Assembly: GCA_965206845.1 (NCBI GenBank)
Contig: OZ242221.1
Span: 1,536,001-1,600,000, forward strand
Reading direction: 5' to 3'
Length of the DNA: 64,000 nt
DNA from: Cenarchaeum sp.
GTDB taxonomy: Archaea > Thermoproteota > Nitrososphaeria > Nitrososphaerales > Nitrosopumilaceae
The notes beneath the pieces were generated by a model, which saw nothing but the letters and a program-made list of their open reading frames with translations, had not been told where the DNA came from and made no database searches. Below, in pieces: positions 18,767 through 28,904 of this stretch. Both the position numbers and the translations under genes were made by a program. Positions within the stretch are counted from its first letter, which is position 1. Every line of letters begins with the position of its first letter.

Positions 18767-19980
18767 GGCTGTGTCCTATGAATAAAAGCCACCACTCTCT
18801 GCATGGTGACTGAGACACCGGACGTCTCATAATTTGCAGACACTGCGGCAGCTCCGCTTCGCTGATCATCCGAAAACCATAAAATTGCCCCGTTCCACGG
18901 CATAATGCGCAGGCTCCGCTGGGCAGGCGCGGTGGAGGCCGCGCCGGTCATGCAGTCATGGTAGCGATCATCTTCGGTGTGAGCCTGCCGTCCCTTGCCT
19001 TCGATCTGGCCACGAGTTCTATGTTGTAACAGATTATCCGAATTGCAATCTCCCTGCACTGGTTCTCCGGCTTGTGGCAACGCGTGTGGTTTCCGTACAT
19101 CTTCTTGATGGCGCCAAACACCGCCTCTATGATGCTGAGCTGGTGGTATTCTGACTTGAACGTGTCCGGATCTTGCACGGACAGGTCTACTATCTCGCGC
19201 CACGCTTGGCTTCCAAAGGCGTTGTGAACCGTGTTGGATTTCGGCTTGATGCGCGGCACCATGCCCATCTCCGATATCGCGCTGCACACATCCCTTGCAA
19301 GGTAGGCCGAATCCAGGCAGAAGTGGCCCGCACCCCCCTCAAATCTGGCCAGCATGCTTCGCAGTCCAATGATGTCGGCTACGTTGCTGGCCGTCACGAG
19401 GTAGTCGAGTACCACCCCCGTGCGTATGTCGTTGATGCTGTGGAGCTTGACCCAGCCCCTCTTGGTTTTCACGCTGCCGGTCCGCACGTCATACCACCTG
19501 GCGAAGCCGCTGTCAGAGTATCCCGTGCTGTCCCCTGCCACCGATCCCGCAGGTATCTCGCAGATGACCCTGCGGTGCACCTCCGCCAGGTACCGATCCG
19601 GAATGAGGTCGTAGGCGCGGGCAATGGTGCTCTTGGAGGGAATCTTGTGCGGTCCGATCTTCGCGACGGTGTTGCGGTTGTTTCGGAGATGGCCGACCAT
19701 CTTGCGATAGGTCTTGCGCTCGGCCTCCATGACTATGCACACTGCGGCCATGGCCCTGGACGGATATGCAGTCATGCCGCCCAGGCTGAACCTGGCAGTA
19801 TACGGGTCGCCCAGGTCATTGACTATTTTCAGAATCGTGTTGAGGATTAGACCGGGCAGGTATTGCTGAATCAGGTCGTACTGTCGTTGATCGCGCTTCC
19901 TTTCAGGCACTTGGTGGGCCCGCGATCCTCAGATCAATATGCCTTGCTATTGGACAGGTATATCTTAGTAGGACACAGCT
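18767..19980 (-). mobile_element. IS5-family element (IS903-like ends)
   Basis: GGCTGTGTCCTA at 18767 and TAGGACACAGCT ending at 19980 enclose a DDE transposase. No TSD seen. Confidence 0.8.
18948..19910 (-). CDS. IS5-family DDE transposase
   Basis: GDSTG, WVKLH, LDSAY, PRIKPKSN and YHQLSIIEAVFGAIK motifs. The usual Arg of YHxRS is Leu here. Confidence 0.85.
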   Translation of the reverse strand: MPERKRDQRQYDLIQQYLPGLILNTILKIVNDLGDPYTARFSLGGMTAYPSRAMAAVCIVMEAERKTYRKMVGHLRNNRNTVAKIGPHKIPSKSTIARAYDLIPDRYLAEVHRRVICEIPAGSVAGDSTGYSDSGFARWYDVRTGSVKTKRGWVKLHSINDIRTGVVLDYLVTASNVADIIGLRSMLARFEGGAGHFCLDSAYLARDVCSAISEMGMVPRIKPKSNTVHNAFGSQAWREIVDLSVQDPDTFKSEYHQLSIIEAVFGAIKKMYGNHTRCHKPENQCREIAIRIICYNIELVARSKARDGRLTPKMIATMTA

Positions 19981-20366
19981 GCCCTTTTTACAACTCAAAT
20001 TTGCTAGGATGCTGTATGTAATAATGTTCTTGGAATGATGCTTTGTGGTCTAGCCTGGAAATCCGCCTGTCTCCCGTCTTGGGGGACAAGGTTCCGGAGA
20101 AGACGTGCAGACTCCTCTCCTGCCCGGACTGAGTGCGCGCGGATCCGTCATCACAGGAAGCGCGCCAGCCGTGCCGGAGAGTGCCATAAGGAATCAGAGT
20201 GGTTTTCCGTATCTCGCAACAGGCCGTTTGGTGCATGGTCACGTTGCCCTCCCACTTAGGCACGGGTTCGTACACATACAAATTTTTGCGCCCGGCCGGA
20301 TGCAGCGAGGGCCCAATGCGTCACGTGTTTGGAAAACTTTATCACTTGTCATATCATAGGCTACCT

Positions 20367-20729
20367 ATGAATATAACCGCAGAAGACGCAGTGACCCAGG
20401 TTCTAAAGCTCAGCAAGCACATCCGCATAGTGACAATCTGTGACAAGGAAGGAAACAAGATCTTTTCTGCTAGGCGCAAAACTACGGAAAACCTTCTGAC
20501 TCCAAACGAGAGCACACAATCCCTGACGATATCGGCGCAGAACATGAAGGGTAGAAAGAAGCTAGCTCGCAAGCTGGGAGTGTGCAGGTACACACTTGCA
20601 GAATACACCAAAGTTAAGAGGATGGTAATGCCTGCAGACAAGAAGCACCTGCTCTACATTACCTGCTCTCCAGAGTTTGATCACAGGAAGATCGTACGTC
20701 TGGTAGATTCGTTCAGAACATCCCAATAG
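20367..20729 (+). CDS. Thaumarchaeal roadblock-like protein (DUF6659-like)
   Basis: IRIVTICDKEG...LGVCRYTLAEYTKVKRMVMP resembles 21026-21412 and 29777-30169. Followed by a T-tract. Confidence 0.65.
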   Translation: MNITAEDAVTQVLKLSKHIRIVTICDKEGNKIFSARRKTTENLLTPNESTQSLTISAQNMKGRKKLARKLGVCRYTLAEYTKVKRMVMPADKKHLLYITCSPEFDHRKIVRLVDSFRTSQ

Positions 20730-20747
20730 GATCTTGCCTTTATCTTC

Positions 20748-20756
20748 TTTTTTTTT
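20748..20756 (+). terminator. Archaeal oligo-T terminator
   Basis: T9 tract shortly after the stop codon. Confidence 0.5.
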
Positions 20757-21025
20757 GTACATGTTCTAGTCACTTCTGTCCCTGTTGGATGTGTGTGGTT
20801 CTGTCTGCCGTGTCGGACGGGCTGCGGGGATCAACACATGTGGCCGCTCTCTGACAGAGAGCAGATGCGTAACCACATCGGTGTGCTTGCGGGATCGCTT
20901 GTCTAGCTGGGCCGGGCGTGAATGCTTGGAGTCTAGCGTACAGTATCGCGTTCAACTGAGGCGGGCTGGCCTCATGCCGGCACAACATGATTAGATTTTT
21001 ATCTTCTGGAATGTAAGCATGCTCG

Positions 21026-21412
21026 TTGGGCTCGGATCAAAGTTCGCGTTTTCGCCTGTATGCTGCCAAGTGCCAGGAGCTGCTAGGGGATCCGGATGTG
21101 CGGTTTGCAGGAATAATTGACGATCGCGGGCAGCTTGTATCGGGCGGCTTCAAGGAGGGCATTACACCATACGAGGTGGACGAAACCAGACTACATGCAT
21201 TTATGGAGTTCGTCTCCAGAATCACCATCAGAAAGGAGTATGATCAGAGCCTTGGACCGATCAACTACCTTGCAGCCCGGCGCAACAAGGCCGTGCTGAT
21301 GAGCTTCCCGTTTCCCATAACGAAGATTGTCCTGCTGGTCTCTGCAGAGCCTAGTGTGGACATTGAGGATCTGGCATCCCGAGTAACCAAGGCATTTGCA
21401 GGCGTTACATAG
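21026..21412 (+). CDS. Thaumarchaeal roadblock-like protein (DUF6659-like)
   Basis: VRFAGIIDDRGQLVSGGFKEG...EYDQSLGPINY...SFP pattern. Confidence 0.75.
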   Translation: MGSDQSSRFRLYAAKCQELLGDPDVRFAGIIDDRGQLVSGGFKEGITPYEVDETRLHAFMEFVSRITIRKEYDQSLGPINYLAARRNKAVLMSFPFPITKIVLLVSAEPSVDIEDLASRVTKAFAGVT

Positions 21413-21485
21413 TCCAAACCCAGACTGCTGCGCTACGACACCGCATTTGGGAAGATTTTTAACGGCACTTGGTGCCGAACAGGCA

Positions 21486-21716
21486 ATGAACGAGGCGTAC
21501 GTTCTTCTCAATGTTGACTACAAAAACCAAAAGGGCATCATCGAAAAGGCGCGGCAGATACCCGTGACCAAGTCGGTCAAGACGGTGTACGGCATATGTG
21601 ATATTCTGATAATACTAGAATCCGATGACATGCAGAAGATCAAGGATGCCATTGATGAAGACCTGCACAGGATGGAGGGAATAACCAATTTGACATCACT
21701 AATCTCTGTGAACTGA
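21486..21716 (+). CDS. Lrp/AsnC ligand-binding domain protein
   Basis: AYVLLNVD...VYGICDILIILES...MEGITNLTSL, a stand-alone RAM-type domain. Confidence 0.8.
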   Translation: MNEAYVLLNVDYKNQKGIIEKARQIPVTKSVKTVYGICDILIILESDDMQKIKDAIDEDLHRMEGITNLTSLISVN

Positions 21717-21722
21717 TCCCAG

Positions 21723-22697
21723 ATGGCGCAGCAGTACGAGATAGTCATAGTTGGAGCAGGCCCTGCGGGGCTGGCAGCGGGCATGTATATCGCAAGGCAG
21801 AGGGTCTCGTGCTTGGTAATATCCAAGGATCTGGGAGGACAAATGAACCTGATTCCAAAGCTGGAGAACTATCCTGGAACCATAATGTCAAGCGGCCCCC
21901 TGCTGGCAAGAACGCTGGAGAACCAGTACCTGACGTTTGGCGGAGATATGACATATGATACCGTGGAGCGCATAGACGAGACCGATGATGGGCTCAAGAT
22001 CAAGACTGCTCGGTCCGAGTACTCGGCAAAGGCAGCCGTGATTGCCGCAGGCAAGGTGCCAAACAACCTGGGCCTGGACAATGAATCCACATACCAGAAC
22101 AAGGGGGTTCACTACTGCACAAAGTGCGACGCACCATTCTACCAGGGAAGGATCACTGCCTCTGTGGGTGTTGGCGCGTACCTGATCGAGTCGGGAATAC
22201 TGCTATCACGGATGGCTGATCATGTCTATGTGATATTCAAGGGAGGAAGGCTGGGCGGCGACCCGGATCTGATAAAGTCGCTAGAGCGAAAGGAGAACGT
22301 GGAGCTGATTCCCAACTCCAGCATAAAGTCCATCTCGGGCAACGGCTCACTGCAACAGATTACCGTGGCAGACAGATCCGGAGCAGAGAAGACCATCAGT
22401 GTGGATGGACTCTTCGTCGAGATGGGCTCTAAAATCAACCTGGGCTTTGTCAAACACCTAGTCGAGCTGAACACCAAGGGAGAGATCAAGGTATCCAACG
22501 GCGGAAGAACGGCACACCCGGCAATATTTGCCGCCGGTGATGCTACGGACATACCCTACAAGCAGATAGTGGCCGCATGCGGCGACGGGGCAGCAGCGGG
22601 ACTGTCTGCGTTCAACTATCTTGAAAAGCTCAAGGGAAAACCGGGAATCCGCGCCGACTGGAAGAAGCAGATAGGCAATACGGTATTCCACTATTAG
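21723..22697 (+). CDS. trxB: Thioredoxin reductase-like FAD/NAD(P) oxidoreductase
   Basis: GAGPAGLAA, active-site CTKCD, IFAAGD and KQIVAACGDGA. Confidence 0.85.
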   Translation: MAQQYEIVIVGAGPAGLAAGMYIARQRVSCLVISKDLGGQMNLIPKLENYPGTIMSSGPLLARTLENQYLTFGGDMTYDTVERIDETDDGLKIKTARSEYSAKAAVIAAGKVPNNLGLDNESTYQNKGVHYCTKCDAPFYQGRITASVGVGAYLIESGILLSRMADHVYVIFKGGRLGGDPDLIKSLERKENVELIPNSSIKSISGNGSLQQITVADRSGAEKTISVDGLFVEMGSKINLGFVKHLVELNTKGEIKVSNGGRTAHPAIFAAGDATDIPYKQIVAACGDGAAAGLSAFNYLEKLKGKPGIRADWKKQIGNTVFHY

Positions 22698-22727
22698 TTT
22701 TAATTTGGTCGTATCGTACCTGCTTGT

Positions 22728-23183
22728 ATGAAGGCCACTTTTGGAGCGGGATGCTTCTGGCATGTTGAGGAGGTCTTTGCCAGGACTCCTGGCGTTGCGG
22801 GTACCGCAGTGGGATACATCGGCGGCCACACCGACAGCCCGACATACCAGGATGTGTGCACGAACAGAACCGGTCATGTAGAGGCAGTGCAGGTAGAGTA
22901 CGACCAAGACAGAGTGTCCTTTGAAGATCTGCTTGATATATTCTGGGGCAACCACAATCCCACCACGCCAAACAGGCAGGGTCCGGATGTGGGAACCCAG
23001 TACCGTTCTGTCATCTTCTTTCACTCGCCAGAACAAGAGGCATTGGCCAGAAGATCAAGAGAAACGCTTGATGCGTCAGGCAAGCTGCCGGCGCCTGTCG
23101 TGACGCAGATAGTTCCCGCCACCGCGTTTTACAGGGCTGAAGAGTACCATCAGCGATACTTTAAGAAGATGGGCCTAGTCTGA
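22728..23183 (+). CDS. msrA: Peptide methionine sulfoxide reductase A
   Basis: [22 protein letters not shown] and AEEYHQRY. Confidence 0.95.
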   Translation: MKATFGAGCFWHVEEVFARTPGVAGTAVGYIGGHTDSPTYQDVCTNRTGHVEAVQVEYDQDRVSFEDLLDIFWGNHNPTTPNRQGPDVGTQYRSVIFFHSPEQEALARRSRETLDASGKLPAPVVTQIVPATAFYRAEEYHQRYFKKMGLV

Positions 23184-23237
23184 GCATACCCGCGCTGGCG
23201 CTGCGGGTTCAGAAGATTCAATAAAACTCCGGCGTCG

Positions 23238-23639
23238 ATGCATGTCATGGGTAGGACAGAGGAGGTCTTGGATGCGATGATCAAGTACCAGCAGGAAGGC
23301 TCCATAAGGTTTGTCCTGCAGGCGGACACTAGGGAGATTACGCTCTCCGACTGTCGTATCTATCGCTTTTCTGCATCGGTGCGATCCACGGACCGCGGTG
23401 ATGCACGCCTTTCTGGTGCTCCTGCCTACAAGATAGTGGGTTCCAGCCACGATCTCAGCATAGTGTCTTTGCTGCCCCGTGTAATGCTTGGCCCGAGCAC
23501 CGAGTTTGCCAAGCTAAAGATTACTGCCGAGTTTCCGCCGGACTCTGTGGGGAGAACGATCATGTACGGACACTTGACAAACAGTATGCAGAACCTGTCT
23601 CTGATACAGCTCCATATTGTAGTCGACGAAGTGGCCTAG
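23238..23639 (+). CDS. Hypothetical protein
   Basis: 133-aa ORF with plausible composition and an upstream AT-rich box. Confidence 0.6.
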   Translation: MHVMGRTEEVLDAMIKYQQEGSIRFVLQADTREITLSDCRIYRFSASVRSTDRGDARLSGAPAYKIVGSSHDLSIVSLLPRVMLGPSTEFAKLKITAEFPPDSVGRTIMYGHLTNSMQNLSLIQLHIVVDEVA

Positions 23640-23663
23640 ACGGCGTCCTAGCCTGACGCGCAG

Positions 23664-24080
23664 CTACTCTACAATGTGCACCGGGATTTTGGACGCTTCC
23701 ACTACGTACTTTGCAACGCTGCCAAAGATTGCCTTCCTGACGGCGTTCTTGCCGCTGGGGGTCAATACAATCAGATCAAAGCCGCCGTCCTTTGCCAGCT
23801 TGACAATGTTGTACCCGGCATCGCCGCGCATGATGGTAATGTTAAGGACAACCCCATCCCTTACCACATCTGATACTGCCTCTTTCATAAATGCCTGGGT
23901 GTGCAAATCCGGGAGTTTTTCTGTGGTTTCGTATCCTGCAAACTCTGTGTGCTTGCCTGTGCTTTGCACATGTACCGCGGTGACTTCTGCCCCGTGCTGC
24001 TTTGCCAGTGATACTGCTGCCTCAAGCCCCCTCTTGGCGTTCTCAGAGCCGTCATGGGGCACCAGAATCTTCTTTACCAT
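23664..24080 (-). CDS. Universal stress protein (UspA family)
   Basis: KKILVPHDGSE...DLIV...FGSVAKYVVEASKIPVHIV. Confidence 0.9.
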   Translation of the reverse strand: MVKKILVPHDGSENAKRGLEAAVSLAKQHGAEVTAVHVQSTGKHTEFAGYETTEKLPDLHTQAFMKEAVSDVVRDGVVLNITIMRGDAGYNIVKLAKDGGFDLIVLTPSGKNAVRKAIFGSVAKYVVEASKIPVHIVE

Positions 24081-24251
24081 GCCTATGTATCTGTCCATTC
24101 ATACTTAAAAGCATGATTCCTGCCATGCGCGAGATCACATCCCTATCCGCTTGGGCATAAAAGCGCACGTTTGAAAGAGCTCCTATGACCGACTCGGTGC
24201 GACAGACGATCTTGCGACTGATTTTTCTAGAAATATGTTTAATTATGATCA

Positions 24252-25055
24252 TTGTGGCACCTATTGGTGCAACAACAGTACGTGTCTGTTGGAGGGCACA
24301 AGACTCGCTATCTTGAGTGTGGCGGATCCGGTGACTTCCTCGTCTTTCTGCACGGACTGGGAGCATCTGCAGATAGGTGGGAGTTTGTGGCGCCGCTCTT
24401 TGGGAAGCACTTTCGTGTCATCATTCCAGATTTAATCGGATTTGGATACAGCGACAAGCCTGCAGTTGACTATACCATGGAGTTCTTCTCAGATTTTCTG
24501 GGCAGCTTTTTGGATGAGTTGGGCATACGCAAGGCCCACATAGTTGGCTCATCCCTGGGCGGGCAGATATCTGTCGAGTTTACTGCAGACAACAACACTC
24601 GCGTCAAAAAACTGGTCCTGGTGTCCCCGTCTGGAACCATGCGCACCGCGACTCCTGCCTTGGATTCCTATACCATGGCCGCGCTGTACCCCAACATTAA
24701 GTCCGCTCGACGCGCCTTTGCGGCCATGGATGCATTTCCAAAACGCATACCGAATCACATCATAGAGGACTTTGTCAGCAGGATGAAGCTACCAAATGCC
24801 AAGATGGCATACATGTCGACCCTGCTGGGCCTCAATAACTCAGCAGATGTCCGGAGCAGGCTTGACAGGATCCGCGTTCCAACCATGCTGATCTGGGGAG
24901 ATATGGATCCTGTAATACCACAGAACTACTCCCGTGAGTTTGTCTCCGCTATTGAGAACTGCGTCTACCGGCGCATGCCGAAGTCGGGCCACACCCCGTA
25001 CGTGGATAACCCAGATGGCTTTTACAGGCATGTGAAGGGCTTTCTTATTACCTGA
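24252..25055 (+). CDS. Alpha/beta-fold hydrolase
   Basis: HGLG oxyanion loop, GSSLGG nucleophile elbow, WGDMDP and GHTP. The start may be GTG near 24267. Confidence 0.9.
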   Translation: MWHLLVQQQYVSVGGHKTRYLECGGSGDFLVFLHGLGASADRWEFVAPLFGKHFRVIIPDLIGFGYSDKPAVDYTMEFFSDFLGSFLDELGIRKAHIVGSSLGGQISVEFTADNNTRVKKLVLVSPSGTMRTATPALDSYTMAALYPNIKSARRAFAAMDAFPKRIPNHIIEDFVSRMKLPNAKMAYMSTLLGLNNSADVRSRLDRIRVPTMLIWGDMDPVIPQNYSREFVSAIENCVYRRMPKSGHTPYVDNPDGFYRHVKGFLIT

Positions 25056-25094
25056 TCATTTGGTTTATATACCTCTTATATCCATTGATTACCA

Positions 25095-25520
25095 ATGAGT
25101 GGAAAACAATACCAATATGATCCAGTTACTATGTTTAGCGACTGGATTCAAAACAACGGTAATGCACAAGCCCAGTTCATGAGGAGCTTTGCCGACCTTA
25201 TGAATGGACAGTCCAAAGACGAATTTGATCCCCTGAAGACCCTTCGGGAGATGGTCAGCAATACTGCTAAAACTCAAGCCAGAATGATGGCGGGAATGGC
25301 AAGTACACAGTCAAAGAACATGAACGAAATCTTTGGCTTCGGCCAGATCATCCCGAATTTTCTGAACTGGGGGGCCTACAAGACTACCATTGGTAGTAAC
25401 GGAAGAATCTCGATACCTGAGGCTGAGAGGGATGCTCTAAAACTCGAGGAGGGAGACCTAATACAGGTCATAATCCTTCCGGTGGCAAAAAGATCAAAAA
25501 CAAAGGAGGTGAAACAATGA
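25095..25520 (+). CDS. AbrB/SpoVT-domain regulator, putative PhaR-like
   Basis: C-terminal GSNGRISIPEAERDALKLEEGDLIQV. Overlaps the next gene (ATGA). Haloarchaeal PhaR is AbrB-like and precedes phaP. Confidence 0.75.
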   Translation: MSGKQYQYDPVTMFSDWIQNNGNAQAQFMRSFADLMNGQSKDEFDPLKTLREMVSNTAKTQARMMAGMASTQSKNMNEIFGFGQIIPNFLNWGAYKTTIGSNGRISIPEAERDALKLEEGDLIQVIILPVAKRSKTKEVKQ

Positions 25521-25936
25521 GCACAGAAACAAAGCAGGCAAAGGACATATTTGCAGTATACCAGCAGAACGTAGACAGGTATCTCGACGCAGTAAAGCGT
25601 TCAGTACCCAAGTACCATCAGTCCATCACAAACGCACAGCAGGAGTGTGTTGGGGCATGTGAGAACGTAATAAATTCTACCATCACGCTACAGAGAGAGT
25701 ATGCAAGACGCGCAGGCATTACAACCAGCGTACCCGAAGCAACACTTAAAGTAATTCGTGATACTACCGAGGAAGCAATCAAGACAGCATCCATCAACAA
25801 TCAGATTGCACTAGCAACAATTGACGCAGCACAGCAAAATGTCAGAGCTTTCAACGATAACGTGAAAGCCTTCGCCGATCTAAACAAAAACATCATGCAG
25901 TCGTGGATTTCGGCATTTACCGTAATCAAAGCATAG
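25517..25936 (+). CDS. Putative phasin (PhaP-like amphipathic helical protein)
   Basis: Ala/Gln/Asn-rich, helical-looking protein coupled to the AbrB gene, with phaEC 5 kb downstream. AT-richer codon usage than neighbours. Confidence 0.55.
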   Translation: MSTETKQAKDIFAVYQQNVDRYLDAVKRSVPKYHQSITNAQQECVGACENVINSTITLQREYARRAGITTSVPEATLKVIRDTTEEAIKTASINNQIALATIDAAQQNVRAFNDNVKAFADLNKNIMQSWISAFTVIKA

Positions 25937-25941
25937 TCATC

Positions 25942-25962
25942 TTTTTTTGACTCTTTTTTTTT
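25942..25962 (+). terminator. Oligo-T terminator
   Basis: T7 and T9 tracts directly after the stop codon. Confidence 0.6.
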
Positions 25963-26370
25963 CCTAACACATTTTTCATCTATGTTGGCGCAACCCGGTA
26001 GCGGATCCGCCGGAGATGCGTTCTGTCATTGTACCGTATGCTCCGTTTTAATTTCATGCGTCCAGAACTGCACATTTGCGTTAACTGATGCTTGGTAAGG
26101 CCAGGCGCTAGAACGCCCCCTTGCCTAAACCACTGATCAATGCCGAATAGCAACCCGTACCATCTCTCAAGTGTAGGATCGGATTTTTTCCACAGGTGCG
26201 ATCAGGTTACCGGATAACCCTAAACCCATGTGCCGTCCCACGATCAGCAATATGATCCAGCGCCTGCCTTTTTGGATGTTGCAGATCTGTGGATTCAGGT
26301 ATGCCCGCAGATTGGGCATGAACCGTGGCAAGATCAGAGGATCTGCCGGATCGCATTAACACAGGAATCT

Positions 26371-26886
26371 CTAGAATCCCACATCAGCGTCAAACCCGCC
26401 GCCGTCCGTGTCGCCGCCATCGGCACCGGGATCCACGTCATCCATATCTGCCGGCATCTGATCTGCCGGCACATAGTCTCCCATGGGCGCACCCATCATA
26501 CTAAACATCATGCTGAACATCATCATGTCGATTATCCCAAAGAGCAGCATCATGGGAATAATTGATCTTCGATCTTCCATCATCTCACTCAGCTTCTCTT
26601 TGTTTCCAGACTTGTACAAGGTGACCATCTGGCCCCAGTTCTTCTCCATCTCTCGGATGCGCTCCTCTACGACCCTGTCGCCCTTCTCCGTTGTCGTAAT
26701 CTCGACCTTGGCGCCAAGCCATCCCTTCTTCTCCTGCACCTGAATCAATCCGCGCTCCTCTAGACTCTCCAAGATTTTGTCCATCTCCTCTGCGTCCACG
26801 TTTGCAGCCTTGCGGATCTTACTGAAGCTCTTGTTGCCATTTCTAATGGCCCCCAGCACCATAACCTCTGCACCTTCTGCGCCCAT
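26371..26886 (-). CDS. MarR-like winged-helix protein with a Met-rich hydrophobic segment and acidic tail
   Basis: ILESLEERGLI...VEITTTEKG wing. MMLLFGIIDMMMFSMMFSMM segment. Confidence 0.75.
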   Translation of the reverse strand: MGAEGAEVMVLGAIRNGNKSFSKIRKAANVDAEEMDKILESLEERGLIQVQEKKGWLGAKVEITTTEKGDRVVEERIREMEKNWGQMVTLYKSGNKEKLSEMMEDRRSIIPMMLLFGIIDMMMFSMMFSMMGAPMGDYVPADQMPADMDDVDPGADGGDTDGGGFDADVGF

Positions 26887-27712
26887 CAAATTAATGTGTG
26901 GCACAGTGGTTTTAAAAAAGTTCTGTGACTGTGGCGACTGTACGAAGTCCTGCCCAACAGTAGTGCTGACGCCAAGATCTGGCAACCTGCCCAACATCTT
27001 CTTGGCCAAGCCCGCCTTCCCAAGGGGATCATTGGGTAAGTGTGTCATGACCGCTGGCAAGCTGGCTAGGCAGGACGTACTCCACGTATGCCGTGGCTGC
27101 GTACGGCGGCGTCAGGATTCCAGGCTCGCTGGCGCTCCTAAGGCAGCTGAGGCTCCTGATGTCCTAGGCAGTTGATCTGATCCTGTCGAACCTGCGGCGG
27201 TCGAGTTTGATGACAAACCGGTAGTGTGCCTGGTAATGGCTGGTCTCTTCGGCTCCGAGGGAGCCTTTGTTCATACTTCTCCTTTTGTGCTTGGGCGCAT
27301 CAAGGATCCTGGCTGTCTTGTACCTGTCCGTCTTATCGAGGCTGGCGGCATCCCCTCTTTGTCCTGTGCTGGGGATCCCCATGCCGGGCACCTTTTTGCA
27401 GCTGCCGCCCGGGCGGCACCTTTAGCCTGCATCGAGGACGGGCGGGCCGAGATCGAGGTTCTGGAGCCAGATCCAGCCAAACATGCCTTGGAAGCATGAC
27501 CGAGTCGCTGACGCTGCCGGATGTGGTTGCCGGTGCCGGCATGATCTGCAGACCAAGAGCGGCGGTGACGCAGCGCACTGGATGCGCCTTCCGGCGGATC
27601 CAGACGCAGCCACTCTCCTTCCTGTCCGGTCATGTGGATATCTCGCAACAGCCCCCAAAATTGGGTAAAGATTAAAAAGTCAAATGTCTATTATATACAG
27701 TGTAATTTACGC

Positions 27713-28615
27713 ATGAACAGTTCGTTTAATCTATCCCAGGGATGTCCCTCGTGTGCCAAGGCACGCCTTGTTACCGACGATGCTACCGGCGAGGTGTTCT
27801 GCGAACACTGCGGCTTTGTAGTAAACGACAAGCTGGAAGAGACAGGGGCAGAGTGGCGCTCGTTCTCCAATGATGATGCCAGCCGCTCCAGGGCAGGAAC
27901 GGCCACATCACTTACCATGCACGACATGGGCCTCTCAACCATTATCGGAACGGCAAACAGGGACTCTGCTGGCAAGCCCCTGCCATCAAACATGAAGAAC
28001 ACTATTGAACGGCTCAGAGCATGGGATAACAGAACACATGCGCGCACATCCGCGGATCGGAATCTGAGACAGGCGCTAAACGAGATGAACAAGCTCAATG
28101 ACAAGCTGGCTCTTGGCGATGCGGTAATTGAAAAGGCCGCCCTCATTTATCGCAAGGCGATGGAGAAGAAGCTCATCAAAGGAAGATCCATACACGGGCT
28201 GGTTGCGGCATGCCTTTATGCAGCGTGCAGAAACACCGAGACCCCTAGGACCCTAGATGACATTGCCAACGGGATCAACATAAGAAGAAAAGATGTGGCA
28301 AGATGCTACCGTCTGATATTTCGGGAGCTGGATCTGAAGATGCCCGTAGTGGATCCCGTCAAAGGCTTGTCCCGTATTGCCAGCGTAGCAAAGCTCAGCG
28401 AAAAGACCAAGAGGAAAGCGATCCAGATCCTGAACCAGGCCAAAAATCTTGGAATGGCGGCAGGCAAGGATCCCATGGGCATGGCAGCGGCAGCTCTTTA
28501 TCTTGCGTGCATCAGCAGCGGGGAGCCAAAATCACAGAAGGATATCTCGAATGCGTCTGGAGTAACCGAGGTTACGATAAGAAACAGATGCGCCAGCCTG
28601 AAAGATCTAGTGTAG
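27713..28615 (+). CDS. tfb: Transcription initiation factor IIB
   Basis: Zn ribbon CPSC...CEHCG, EWRSF, GRS..LYAACR, GKDPMG.AAAALY and GVTEVTIRNR. Confidence 0.95.
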   Translation: MNSSFNLSQGCPSCAKARLVTDDATGEVFCEHCGFVVNDKLEETGAEWRSFSNDDASRSRAGTATSLTMHDMGLSTIIGTANRDSAGKPLPSNMKNTIERLRAWDNRTHARTSADRNLRQALNEMNKLNDKLALGDAVIEKAALIYRKAMEKKLIKGRSIHGLVAACLYAACRNTETPRTLDDIANGINIRRKDVARCYRLIFRELDLKMPVVDPVKGLSRIASVAKLSEKTKRKAIQILNQAKNLGMAAGKDPMGMAAAALYLACISSGEPKSQKDISNASGVTEVTIRNRCASLKDLV

Positions 28616-28619
28616 AAGA

Positions 28620-28904
28620 ATGGCGCAAAATCCCTGGTCACAATGGCACGACTTTAACCTCCAGACGGTAGACGATGCGCCAGAGACACCCGGCGTGTTT
28701 GTGATGCATGTGGCAATGAAGATTCTCTACATTGGGGGATCGGCCAACATTCGGAATGGCCTGACGCAGGCACTCAGAATGCCCTGCTGTAGCAATGCGA
28801 CACGATTCAAGTACATGCAGGAGCCAAACTACCTGCAGCATCGGGACGACTTGGTCAGAGACTACAAGGAGCGCCACGAGGGCAATCTTCCGGCGTGCAT
28901 GTAG
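28620..28904 (+). CDS. Small GIY-YIG-like domain protein
   Basis: APETPGVF...ILYIGGSANIR...LPAC pattern. Confidence 0.65.
   Translation: MAQNPWSQWHDFNLQTVDDAPETPGVFVMHVAMKILYIGGSANIRNGLTQALRMPCCSNATRFKYMQEPNYLQHRDDLVRDYKERHEGNLPACM

Noticed and set aside
27224-27499. 91-aa ORF upstream of tfb
   Set aside because: No recognisable motif and several competing overlapping ORFs, so it cannot be supported.
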